A stretch of 64,000 nucleotides of DNA from Torpedo marmorata (lineage: Eukaryota): the NCBI GenBank assembly GCA_977017645.1, contig OZ360222.1:270196001-270260000 (forward strand), written 5' to 3'. Position 1 is the stretch's first letter; every line of letters starts with the position of its first letter. A program made the position numbers and the translations under genes. Under the pieces are notes generated by a model, which was not told the origin of the DNA, searched no databases, and saw only the letters and a list, made by a program, of their open reading frames with translations. Positions 50,301-62,300 of the stretch are shown piece by piece.

Positions 50301-53300
50301 GGGTGCCTGGAACGGGCTGCCAGGAGTAAAGGTAAAGGTTCCATTATTGTCACGTAATACTACTTTTAGAATGTAACATACATAAGGCAGACAGAGAGTC
50401 GCTACTTTGTCCAGCGCCCCTCACAGAAACCTACAGCACCTGGCGTTCCTAGGTGGTCTCCCCTCCAAGTACTGACCAGTCCTGTGCCTGCTTAGCTTCC
50501 GAGATCAGACAATCCCAGTCGTATTCAGTGAGTGGTGGAAGCAAATACAATCGTAGCGTTTAAGAGGCTTCTAGATAGACATGAAAATGGAAATGGAGGG
50601 AATATTTATCATATCCAAGCAGTAGAGTTTTAGTTTGATTTAGACATCATGTTCAGCACAGACATGTCAGCTGAACTGTTCGATATTCTATGTTCATGTG
50701 TAATTACATAACAGCTGGAGGTTCACTTCATTCCCTCAGTATTATTGTTTGCCACATCAACTGCTAAAGAAATTCCTTTTCCTTGTGACTGACACCGAAA
50801 CAATAATTCGAAGGATACTCTAAAACTGTTTTAGGATCCAGAGAGTACTTCTTTTCATTGATTTAAAACCCTTTAGAGCTGTAAATGTTGTCAAGAAAGA
50901 TGGATGCACCCAATTGCTGGGAAGTGTGGGAAAAATGTGGTCACAGGAAGAAGACATTGGATGTAAATACAAATCGCCAACAGGGATCAGGTACAATCCT
51001 GGGCCATCTCGCCCAGCCATTCTCAACTATGGCCCCCTTAGAACTCTGCTTGTCTGTGAAGCAATCAAGTTTAGTTGGTTTCTTCCGTAATTCTCCACTA
51101 CATAAAAAACAAAAATATTTTATGATTTCAGTCCGTGGCCCTCCTTAAATGTGCTGTGACCCCCATTTGGAATGCCTGATCTAGCCCAATGACACTGGGT
51201 AAAAGCAACCCCAGGATACTGACAGCACAACCCCATGGAGAACAGAGTCCTGATCTGTGGACAGTACACAAAAGAAGTGTGATCACCTTTGATCACCAGG
51301 AAATCAGACACTGAAGTTAGTCATGTTAAACCCTAAGGTTGTATGGGGATAATGGGATCCATTATCAACTAGCTGCCCCGGACACAAACTTGGTGAAGTG
51401 GGTATCGCTAGATCAAAAACTTAAACAGTTTGCGGAAGTAATAGTCGATCTGAATCCTCAGCCAAATTAAAAATGTAACCAATGTGTACAGAATGTGGTT
51501 ACACGTACAGTACAGGTTCGACCCACATGTCTGCGCTGAACACCTGACCAAACTAAACTAATACTCTGCTGCTTGCATTTGGTAGATATCCCTTGACTTC
51601 CTTGATATTCATTGGTCTGATATGTTTTTGTTTTAATGAATGGACCAAAGGTAACTTTTCTTAAGTAGATCATTTCTGAACAAAATCTGACAATTGATCT
51701 TCCTGTTTTCCAGATCTATTTTTATGCAAATGACGTTTATCAGCAATTGGGAATTACGAAGGACAAGATTGTGTACGTGGGGATTAGTGCAAGTGGAATT
51801 GAAATATTGACTTCAGTGATATGCGTAAGTTCGGTTTCCAGCGATTCGTGGCTCGTCAATGATTGAAGAGTAACTATCATTTTGTTTATAATACCCCCTA
51901 CTCCTCAGAAGAAACTCCAAATAGAGGAGTCTCCGAGCAGAGAGATTGTCCTCTGTCTCCCCAGCCTGAGTAAATGTCGCCCACCACCACCCCCCCCCGC
52001 TCCCCCAACCTCCCACAAAGGGGTTTCACCTCCCTCTCACACGTGCTGGCTGTGATCCTTACCTTTCGATCCACTGATTCACAGCAATACAAGAAAACCA
52101 GAGCACTCAGTCTGCTCCACCATTCAACATGATCATGACTGATCTATCTGGTCTCAGCTCCGCTTCTCTGCCAATTCTCCATAACCCTTAATTCCTCAAT
52201 CTCTCAAACATTTATCTATCTCCACCTTATATCAAACGATCTGGCCTCTGCCTCCTTCACGACAATAGAATTCCAGAGATTCGCTACCTTCTGAGAGAAG
52301 TTTCTATGTCTCTCAGCTTTAGATGCTGGAGAAACTCCGCACGTCACGCAGCGTTCAGGAATCCGGATGAAGGGCTCAGGCCCGATACGCTGGTTCCCCT
52401 TTCCTTCCTATAGATGCTGCGTGTCCTGCTGGGTTTCTCCAGCACATTTGTGTACTGTACTCGACCACAACCTCTGCAGATTTTCTTGTTTAACTCCATT
52501 TGACCCCTTATTTTGTAGTTACATCCCCTTGTTCATGATCCCCCGAGAGTGGAAATATCTTCTGCCTATTCCAAAGGGAAATCAGAAATCACCTTCGGAA
52601 ACAGCATGTGCCCAGGAACAAGAAGGGGAGAAGGCCAGGCCTGCATTCAGGGTCATGGCTTTGGGGTTTGACCCTTTTGGTTCAAGGTTCAAAGTTCAAG
52701 ATTCCTTTTATTGTCACAAAATAATACATAAAAATGTCCGCATCAGTGCCAGGGATCTCCCAGTGGACAACCACTTCAATTCCGTGCCCCACTCCCGTGC
52801 TCGCATGTCTGTCCACGGCCTCATGTACTGTCCCACCAAGACCACCCGTAAAGTGGAGGAACAACACTTGATTTTCCATCTGGGCACTCTCCAACCGGAT
52901 GGCATTAACATCGACTTCTCCGGTTTCTGCTAGCCCACTCTCCGTTCTCCCACCTTTCCCTTTCCCTTTGCCTTCTTTCCTCCAGCTTTCCACTCCCTTC
53001 CCTCTCCATTCACAGAGCCATCCCCCCTCCCCCTGTTTGCTGGTGTGCCCTCCTGCCTGTGGGACTGTGCTCCACCCCCCCCTCCACCATTTTGTTCAGG
53101 CACCTGCCCACATTTTTTCATACCTTGATGAAGGGCTCAAGCCCGAAATGTTGGTTATGTAACTTTATCTTTGCTATATATACTGTTTGACCTGCTGAGT
53201 TTCTCCAGCATTGTGTTTTTACTTCATCCACAGTGTCTGTAGACTTTCATGTTTTACTAAAAATGCAATATACAGGATATATTTCAACTTTTGTCTGCCG

Positions 53301-56300
53301 TCAGGCAAACAAAGAGTTGCCATGAGCATTGCCCGGCACCCCTAACAATAAGAGAAAGGGAAGCAAAAGAGAGTCCCTTCAGAGACACTGAGAGTCTGTG
53401 AATTTGCCTCCAGCGCTCCCGTAGCCTCACAGATTCCTGTTCAAACCATTGGCAGATCCAAACCTCCGATACGATCGGGAAGCCTACAGCACCCAAGGAA
53501 CTTCGGGAGCCCTTTCTTGCTCTCAGCGCCCTCTCGAATCCTGGTTACGATACCTGGTTGCCATGAGCCAATCTCCAGCAGCCCGCAGCCTGAGAGAATC
53601 CTTCGACCGCAAGTCGCCAACAGCCCACAGCCTGTGTGGGTCCTTCAGCCGCTGATCCCCTCGCTGGTCCGCTGCCGTGGTTACATTCGTGTACGGTCAT
53701 CTCCTAATCTTCTCCTTCTCAACGGGGGAGGGGAGGGTGGGATCAAGTGTCACAAGTGCCAATAAATCCCCTGGCTGGACCATTCGGCAAATAAAGCTAA
53801 TCTCCCCGAGAGAAACAAGAGGTGGGTACTGGACTACTGAGTATGAAGTTCCAATTAAACTCAGACGTCCTTACCTATATCAGATCAGCCATGATTCTAT
53901 TAAATGTGAAGTGTGCATAGCTCTTCTATGAAATCTTTGGATAAAGTCACATACTCCTGCATTAATGTCTAATGTTCTTGAAATAGATATTGGGATCTGT
54001 ATGAGGACTCATTTCTTGCTACAGTTGAATGGCCTGGTCTTGGGTAGAGGAAATAGAGTTATAAAGTTTGCAACTGATGTAACAGTTGGCAGCATAGAAT
54101 GTGCCAAGCAGTTAAACAAGAAAGTCTGCAGATGCTGGGCTCGAGTGTAATACACTGGAGTGTTGCAGAAACTCAGCAGGGTACACAGCATCTATAGGAA
54201 GTAAAGGGTAACCAATGTTTCGGGCCTGAGCCCTTCATCAAGGTATGAACAAACAACAGGTTGGCACCTGAATAAAAAGGTGCGGGGAGGAGGGAGGAAG
54301 AGGCAAGGGGAGGAGCACAGGCTAACAGGCAAGAGGTCATTGGTGGATACAGGTGGGAGGGGAGAAGAGAAAAAGCTGAGAAGTGATGGGGGTGTAGTAG
54401 CTCTCTGAATGGAGAGGGAAGGGAAGTGGGTGGGGAGCTGGAGGAAAGGAGACAGAGGGATAGGGAAAGAGAGAGACCAGGAGGAGGGGTTTAATAGATA
54501 TTGGGGAAGTCGATGTTAATGCCATCTGGTTAGAGATTGCTCAGACGGAATATGAGGTGTTGTTCCTCCACTTTGCAGGCACCCTTGGTTTGGCAGTGCA
54601 TGAAGCCATGGACAGACATGTCGGTGTGGGAATAGTGTGCGGAATTAAAACGGTTGGCCACTGGGAGATCCCCGCTATTGCGGCAGACAGAGCCGAGGTG
54701 GTCAACGAAGCGATCTCCCAGTCTGCATCCAGTCTCTCCGATGGAGAGGAGGCCACAACGGGAGCACTGGGTGCAGTATATGACCACCGCAGATGCACAG
54801 TGAAGTGTTGGTTCACTTGGAAGGACTGTTTGTGGCCCTGAATGGCGGTGAAGGAGGAGGTGTGGGTGTACCTACCCCTGTGACCGGAAAAAATGCTGCA
54901 CTTGCGGCCTCACTTCCTCCCGATGCTGGAGGGGCAATGAAGATAGTCAACCCAGTGAAATCAAACTCCATACAAAATCATTGGGTCTAAACCCTCCCAA
55001 GCAGCAGTGTGGGAGTACTTTCACTGAACAGACAGCGGCGGTTCAAGAAAGAGGTTCAGTACTTTCTCCTCATGAGGGATAACAGATGGGCAGAGATGCT
55101 GGACTTCCCAGATCCCAATCATGATAACTAAAGAAGCAATTGAACATGTGGCAGAGGAGTTTTCACTTGCAGGGATAGGGGGAGAAATCATGGACGTGGG
55201 AATAAATTGGACAAGCCTTTCAAATATTCAGGGCAGCCACACAGGCCAAATATGTAAGATTTTCGTCTTTATATTGAGAACCTCGTGAAATGCTTGGGAT
55301 TCACACAGGACGTGTGTTTAACGGAGCTCTGTGCAGACTCAAACTCTGAATTGATTGCTCTGGTATGAGGGCCTCGGAATGAAACTCACTCTTTTTAAAA
55401 ATCCTATTGCACAGGGATTCATCATTGAGCGAGTTGGAAGGAAGATCCTGCTGTGGAGAGGGTACTCCTTCATGGCATTGTGGATGCTCCTACTGATTAT
55501 TACACTCTCTCTCAAGGTGAGCTTCATAGAAGGCCTGTCCAACATTTGTCAGTATGATGACATGGAGGTAAAGATTCACAGACGCTCTCTCTCTCTGGTG
55601 GATGTGCATGCCTGTGTGGGAAATTATTAACTTTAATGAATGTGATGATGTGACACCAGGTTGCCATCATAGTCCACCTCATGATGCCCTGCAGAGATTT
55701 CAGGTGCTTGTTCTCAAAGACCTCTGTTGGTGTAACATAATGAGATCCCAGTTAAGGTACAAACCATGATGTGGGCTCCACACTATAGGATGGAGAATTA
55801 CACATCAACTCAGCAGGGCGCTGAAATACAAACAGGAGAGTGTGTGGATAATCAGGCATTCCTTCATTGGAATTGTGCATTTTGATACCATGGGGACCTT
55901 TAAAAGCATAGACAGAAGATCCATTCTTGTCATCAGTAGGTCTCGAACATGGAGTTGAAAATCCAATAATAACCGTGAGCAATCTAGAACAGTGAAATGC
56001 GAGGAATTGAAACCCTGTGAAAGAGATTGAAGTAACACAGAACCTGAATGGATACCTTACCGTGATCTTTTCCCGGGATTCCCCCTTAAACTATGCCTCG
56101 GACATTATTCTTCCTGTTTTCTCTCAGAGACACAGAGCGTTCTGCCCATTGTGCTGTGCCATTGCTTTGAAAGAATCCACTCCTACGTCACTCACATGCC
56201 TCACCATGTGAAATCCAGAGACTGAAGCTCCAGATGCATGATTGGTTGAAAGCAAAATGTTGTCACTTTCATGGTAACTGGGGTAAACCAATGGTTATGA

Positions 56301-59300
56301 ATTCAGAATCAGAATCAGAATTTATTGTCATGAACATGTCAAAATATTGCTATAAATTACATTTCAAAATAAATAATAGTGCAAGAAAATAGGAGAAAGT
56401 CTGTGGTTCATTGTCCGTTTAGAAATCTGATGGCAGAGGGGAAGAAGCTGTCCTTGTGCCGCTGGGTGTTCGTCCTCAGGCACCTGTACTTCCTTCCCGA
56501 TGGTAGCGGAGTGAAATGGATCATGAGGGTCCTTGAGGATAGAGGCTGCTTTCTTAAGACACCGCCTCTTGTAGATGTCCTTGACGGATTGGAGACTGGT
56601 GCCTGTGATGTCGCTGGTCAAGTTAACAACTCTCTGAAGTTTTTTTCCTGTCCTGTGCATTGGCACCTCCATATCATGAGAGCTTCAGTCTCAAAGGATA
56701 GAAAATCAGCCCACACTGAAACATGTGCAGGCTGCCTTCAGGTGCTAGGAACTATTTGTTCTGTTTAGCCAATGACTGAAATGTGTGTAACTTCACTAAC
56801 ATTCTCCCCTTGCTCACACATCGAATGGGTCTCTTTCAGGAATATTTCACCTGGATTCCATATTGTAGCCTGGTCCTCATCTTTGCTTACATCTTCACTT
56901 TTGGGGTAGGTCCAGGTGGGTACAAGCTCTACTGATTTGCTTTAAACCCTGAGACATGCTCTAGTTTTCTTACAGATAGTGAATTTTCTTCCTGTTGCTG
57001 AGATTTACATTGGTGAAAAGCAAATTTCATCTTTGTTCTTGCACCAGGCACTAAGGTCAACTTCCTTTGTCCCAGGACATGTTGTGACACTGTAGCTGGA
57101 ATTATTAGGTCATTCGGTCACAGAGTGATCTTCCATTAAGACATACAACACAGTAACAGGCCCTTCCGGCCCACGAGTCCGTGCAGCCCAAATACCTCAA
57201 TTAACCTACAACCCCTGGTATGTTTTGAAGGGTGGGAGGAAACCGGAGCACCCGGAGGAAACTCATGCAGACACGGGGAGAACGTACAAACTCCTTACAG
57301 ACAGCGGCGGATTTGAACCCGGGTCACTGGCGCCGTAATAGCATTGTGCTAACCGCTACGCTAACCGAGCCGCCTCTAGACCAGCCATTCTCAACCGGTT
57401 TTTTTTTTGGCTATGGCCCCCTTAGGACTCTGCTCAAAGTTTATGGGCCCCTTTCCCTGTGAAGCAGTCGTTTAGTTGGTTTCTTCCATACTTCTCTCCT
57501 ACCGACTGCATGAAAAACATAAAGAAAATTTATGATTTCACTCCGTGCTCCCCCTTAAATGTGATGTGTCTCCCGTTGAGAACGGCTGCTCTAGATGCTG
57601 GTCTTGGGCAATATGATACACACAGCAACAACGAGTGTGATTGCCTTATCTGTGAGTAATTTCAGGTGAACGCAGAGAGTAACCAGAGGATATAGGTTTA
57701 AGGTGAGGAACCTGAAAGGTGACTTTTTTTACACAGAGGGTGGTGGGTGTATGGAACGGGCTGCCAGGGGAGGTGGTTGACGCAGGTACTATTGAAACAT
57801 TTAAGAAAAAATTGGACAGATATATGATAAGTTTAGAGAGATATGGGCCAAACGCAGGCAGATGGGACTGGTGTGGGTGGGACATTTTGGTCAGCGTGGG
57901 CAAGTTGGGCCGAAGGGCCTGTTTCCACGCTGTGTGGCTCTGTAACTAACATGTAAAGGAGCAAGCATACAGAGGCATCGCACGTCACCTCTCCCAAAGT
58001 TGGAGACATTTTTACGCAGTTCCCAAGGGTTAATGGTTTGTTTCGATTTCACTCAGCTGAACAAAAACGTTCAAGATTCAAGATTCAATTTATTGTCACA
58101 GCAATAAGACAGTGTCATATACCACGAAATTTCTTTTTGCCTGCTGCAAGGCAGACAGATTCGCCATCGGCAGAAATTGCCTAAGCGCCTCTAACATTCC
58201 TTACAGTCAGAGAAAGAGAAGCAAAAGAGAGTCCCCCCAGAGCCACCGAGTGTCCATAGATTTGCCTCCAGCGCTTCCGCAGCCACACAGAGTCCAGTCC
58301 AAACGATCGGCATCCCGAGCTCCAGATTCGAACCTCCAACACGGTCAGGTCGCCCTCGGCACCCCTTCACATCCCGGTTCCGATACCTGGTACTCCTCCA
58401 GCCAGTTCGAGCCAACCTCCAGCAGTCCGCAGCCCGTCGTGAGTCCCCCGACAGCAGTCTCCAGCAGCTCACAGCCTCCACGGGTTCCTCGCCTCGAGTC
58501 GCCAGCAGCCCGCCGCATGCACTGGTCCTTCAGCCTCAGAGCCCCTCACTGGTCCGCCGCTGTGCTCACTGTCCCATGGGTCGTCTCCTCCGCTTCTCCT
58601 TCTCAGACGGGGGTGATCTTCCCGTCCACTGGTGCCCTGCTCCAGTCCCCCGCTTCCCCGGAGTCTGCAGCCCCTCGTGGCTGCTGCCGATTAATAGGCG
58701 CTGCCATCTTGGGCGCAGACCCTGCGGTCGCAGGATTTCAAATAAAACCACCGTCGGCTCCTTTAACGGGCCGTTCAAAGCCCGTGCGGAACCGACGGCA
58801 GTCGACTGGGCGGCTGGACCCCGCGGGAGCGCTGTATCTCTGCTCCCTCGCTCCTCGCGGGTCCGCACCAGCGGCAGCGCTGCCGCTACAGCGGCTCCGG
58901 CAGCGCCGCCATTTTGGAATGGCTAGTTCTGAGATTGATGAATCAAATAAGGCACCCTCTTCAATATGAATTGCTGAGCTGGATGAGCGTAGTATTCTGG
59001 AGAAAATCCTAAAGGAAAGGTTGTACATATGTTTGGAAAGAAAGGGACGACCAGGGGGAGTTAGCGTGCCTTGGTGTGGGGAAGATCCCGCCTCACTCGA
59101 ATGACTGAGTCTTTTGAGGAGTTCACAACCTCCCCGTAAACTGGCTTGGAGTTTACTTCTGAATACAGTAAATCCACTGGTATCCGGCACCTATGGGGAT
59201 TGGTAGATGCCGGATAAGTGTATTTTCCGGTTGCTTGAGACTTGCTCATACAATGCCCAACTAATACACCTGCATTAAGAATAAACAGTTAAAGAAACAA

Positions 59301-62300
59301 AAATACGACAGTAAAAGCCCTAAAATCCGGACTGCTCAGGGATTGGGTCGGTCCCAATTTTCCGATTTTCGGATTTTCGATCAGTTCTTTTAAAATTCAA
59401 ATTTAAGGAGAATAAACAGATACATTTTGATAGTTTATTAACGAAACATTTTTTCATATAAAATACAAAGTACAAAAAAAAACAAATAAATATTTTTTTC
59501 TCACATTTCCATGGTCGCTTGTTGTCACTATGTATCTGTGGCGCTTACGCACACAAAAGCCGAGAGTTTTCGAAAAGTCCGGATTCTTGGTTGGTCTGGA
59601 TTTCTGGTGTCCAGGTGTTCTGTACTTACACTGAACAAACTTCACTTGCATGAATACATAAACCTTAAAGCATTTTACTTTATTTTCAGTCACATTCTTT
59701 GAAAACATTTAACCGTCACTGCATCTGCAGGTTCCTCCCCCTCCACGGAGCCACCCGAAAGACGAACAATAACATTATAGATAATTAATCCCCCCTCCCC
59801 CAAGTTTACAGATAGAGCCTCTGACTGGGGCGACTCTTACTAAGCAGGGATAAGGAGACACTTTAAGAGAATCACCCCAACGGCGAGCGGCATCAACCAG
59901 CTCTTCATCCTGGGCGACACCATTGCTGTTTCACACAACTTTATTCAAACAGCTGTTATGAGCAAAGCACGACCAAGGCACTCCACTGGCTGAATATTTG
60001 CTCCCATCTTCACCAAAGGTTTATGTTTTACTTCAGAGAACATTTACTTTTACAATTTTAAACTTACGTATTTTTTACCTATTATTTTATTCTTATTTAT
60101 TTAAATATTTAAACATTTATTTTCCTCGATTTTTTTGCCGGTTGCTTGAGACTGCCAGTTGCTTGAATTCCAGATACCAGGGGTTTTACTGTAGTCATTG
60201 TTCAAAAGGTAAAATTTCTGTAGCAGCCAATTCACCCCATACCTTTGCCATCGCTTCAGAAAGTCAGCTCTCCAAGGAAGCATAGAAAACTAGTGCAGAT
60301 TCTGGGAATCTTAATACAAAAAGCAGGGCATGAGGGAAATCCTCAGCAGATTGGCACTGAGAAAAACACAGTTAATATCGCAGGCCAACATGGTGCCAGA
60401 AAAAGATTGTCCAAGTCCCCTGAGCTCCAACAATAAGACAATGAATGATGCTTTGTTCTTTCCCCAGGTAGTGTCAGTGGAGTTTTGCCTTTGGAAATAT
60501 ACACTCAGTCTAATCGGTGTATTGCTTTGGTAGCAGCAAACAGCCTGCAGTGGCTGTCTCTCTTCGTCCTCGGTCTGGTGTTCCCTTTTGTTGTTGTAAG
60601 TAGTTTGAATCTTAATAGTGAGCAGGTCGATCCGCATGGCTCTGCGACGCAGAGAGGAGGGGTGGGGGTGGGAGGGGCTGGGGGGGACTCAGTGACTTCA
60701 TCTGGTGAACTTCTTCACTTTTACTGCTGTGTGCTTACGTTAACTGAGGTTGAATACACTCAAATGCTTCTTCTTGACCAGACACACACAGGAGACTGCA
60801 GTTGCTGGAATCTGAAGCTAAACACAATCTGCTGGAGGAACTCAGCGGGTCACGTGGCATCAGTGGGAGAAAAAGAATGGTCAACGTTTTGGGCCGGAAC
60901 CCTTTATCGAGACATTCAACAGTTTATAAGTAACCAATACTTTGAGATTTCTCCTTCAGGTGTCGCTCTGCTAAAGACCATGGTCAATATATTGGGATTA
61001 AGGGAGACATGTCTCGACCAAGGGTTTGGCCTGAAACATTGGCCATTCTTTTGCTGCTTGATCTGCTGAGTTCATCCAGCAGAGTGTGTTTAGATTCATT
61101 TTGACGATTCTACACTATCCTGTGACATTCACAAACATTAATAACATAAAAGGAACCTGGCTATAGCGATGGAATTATTCCGAAACTGTTCTCACTTTAT
61201 CTATCGGAGTATTAGTGTTCGATGCATAGCATTGCACTATGCATACAATTCATCTGTTTGTAATGTAACTGTTTTCCAATTTTAATGAAGAAGCTTTGTG
61301 GTTCATGCAATTAGATTGTCTCAGCTTTCTGTGCCCTTCTGACACTTAATATTCTCCCATCCCCAACCAACAAATGATCTCCAGCAGAGTGACACCTGAA
61401 GGAGAAATCTCAAAGTATTGGTTGCTTATAAATTGCTGAATTATTGGCCAATGTTGATCAGGGAAACATCCTTTCAATGGGACGGTAATTTGTTGATTTA
61501 TTGTTCCTGATACAGTATACCAATATTCAGTGAAAGTCTGCAGTCACTGTGATTGTATTAAACACAGAAACGCTGGAGGAACTCAGCCGGTCTCACAGCG
61601 TCCATAGGAGGTAAAGATATATTACCGACGTTTCGGGCCTAAGCCCTTCCTCAAGGTATCAGGCCCAAAATATCGGTTATATATCTTTACCTCCTGCTGA
61701 GTGCCTCCAGCATTTCTGTGTTTTACCAAAAATATTCAGATACAGAATCAATTCCAGAATTTACATGCAATGAGTTGTTAAACGCAGCTAAACTGGGCAG
61801 TAGGAATGGCAGACATAGTAATCTCATCGTATCCAGCAGCAGGGAATAAGAGCAGTCCACACCTACCTGTGATATATTTCAATGTGACGGAGGTGAACAG
61901 GAAGACGGATGGAGCAGGATGCAATGCATTCAGGAGCCCATGGTCTGAATGTGTGGGACTTTAATTTATTGCATTTAATGCACTTGTGCTGGAGCATTTC
62001 AGGCACAATGGTGAGAAAATCACCATGGCTGCTGTTTCTTAAGAAAACAGCAGAGATTTAATTTAATTTTTAATTTAAATTTAGATATTAGGCACGGTAA
62101 CAGGCCCTCGAGCCTGTGCCGCCCAATTACACACAATTGACCTACGCTCCCGGTACGTTTTGAAGGGTGGGAGGAAACCGGAGCCCCCGGAGGAAACCCA
62201 CGCAGACAACGTAAAAACTCCTTACAGACAGCGCCGGATTCGAACTCCGGTCGCTGGTGCTGTAACAGCGTTGCGCTATCCGCTACGCTAACCGTGCCGC

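Noticed and set aside
50427-50528. Functional 5S rRNA gene
   Set aside because: The 5' end is missing, it has many substitutions and no long T-run terminator, and it is fused to a retroposon tail inside a CR1.
58112-58969. 285-aa ORF (and related ORFs at 39050-39487 and 22540-22920) as a novel protein
   Set aside because: Antisense to a GC-rich repeat, low-complexity S/P/A/R content, and frames are not preserved between copies.
60485-61069. Extended ORFs around exons (also 48073..48399 and 55355..55630) as single-exon genes
   Set aside because: Transporter homology stops exactly at GT donors; the remainder is intron read-through.
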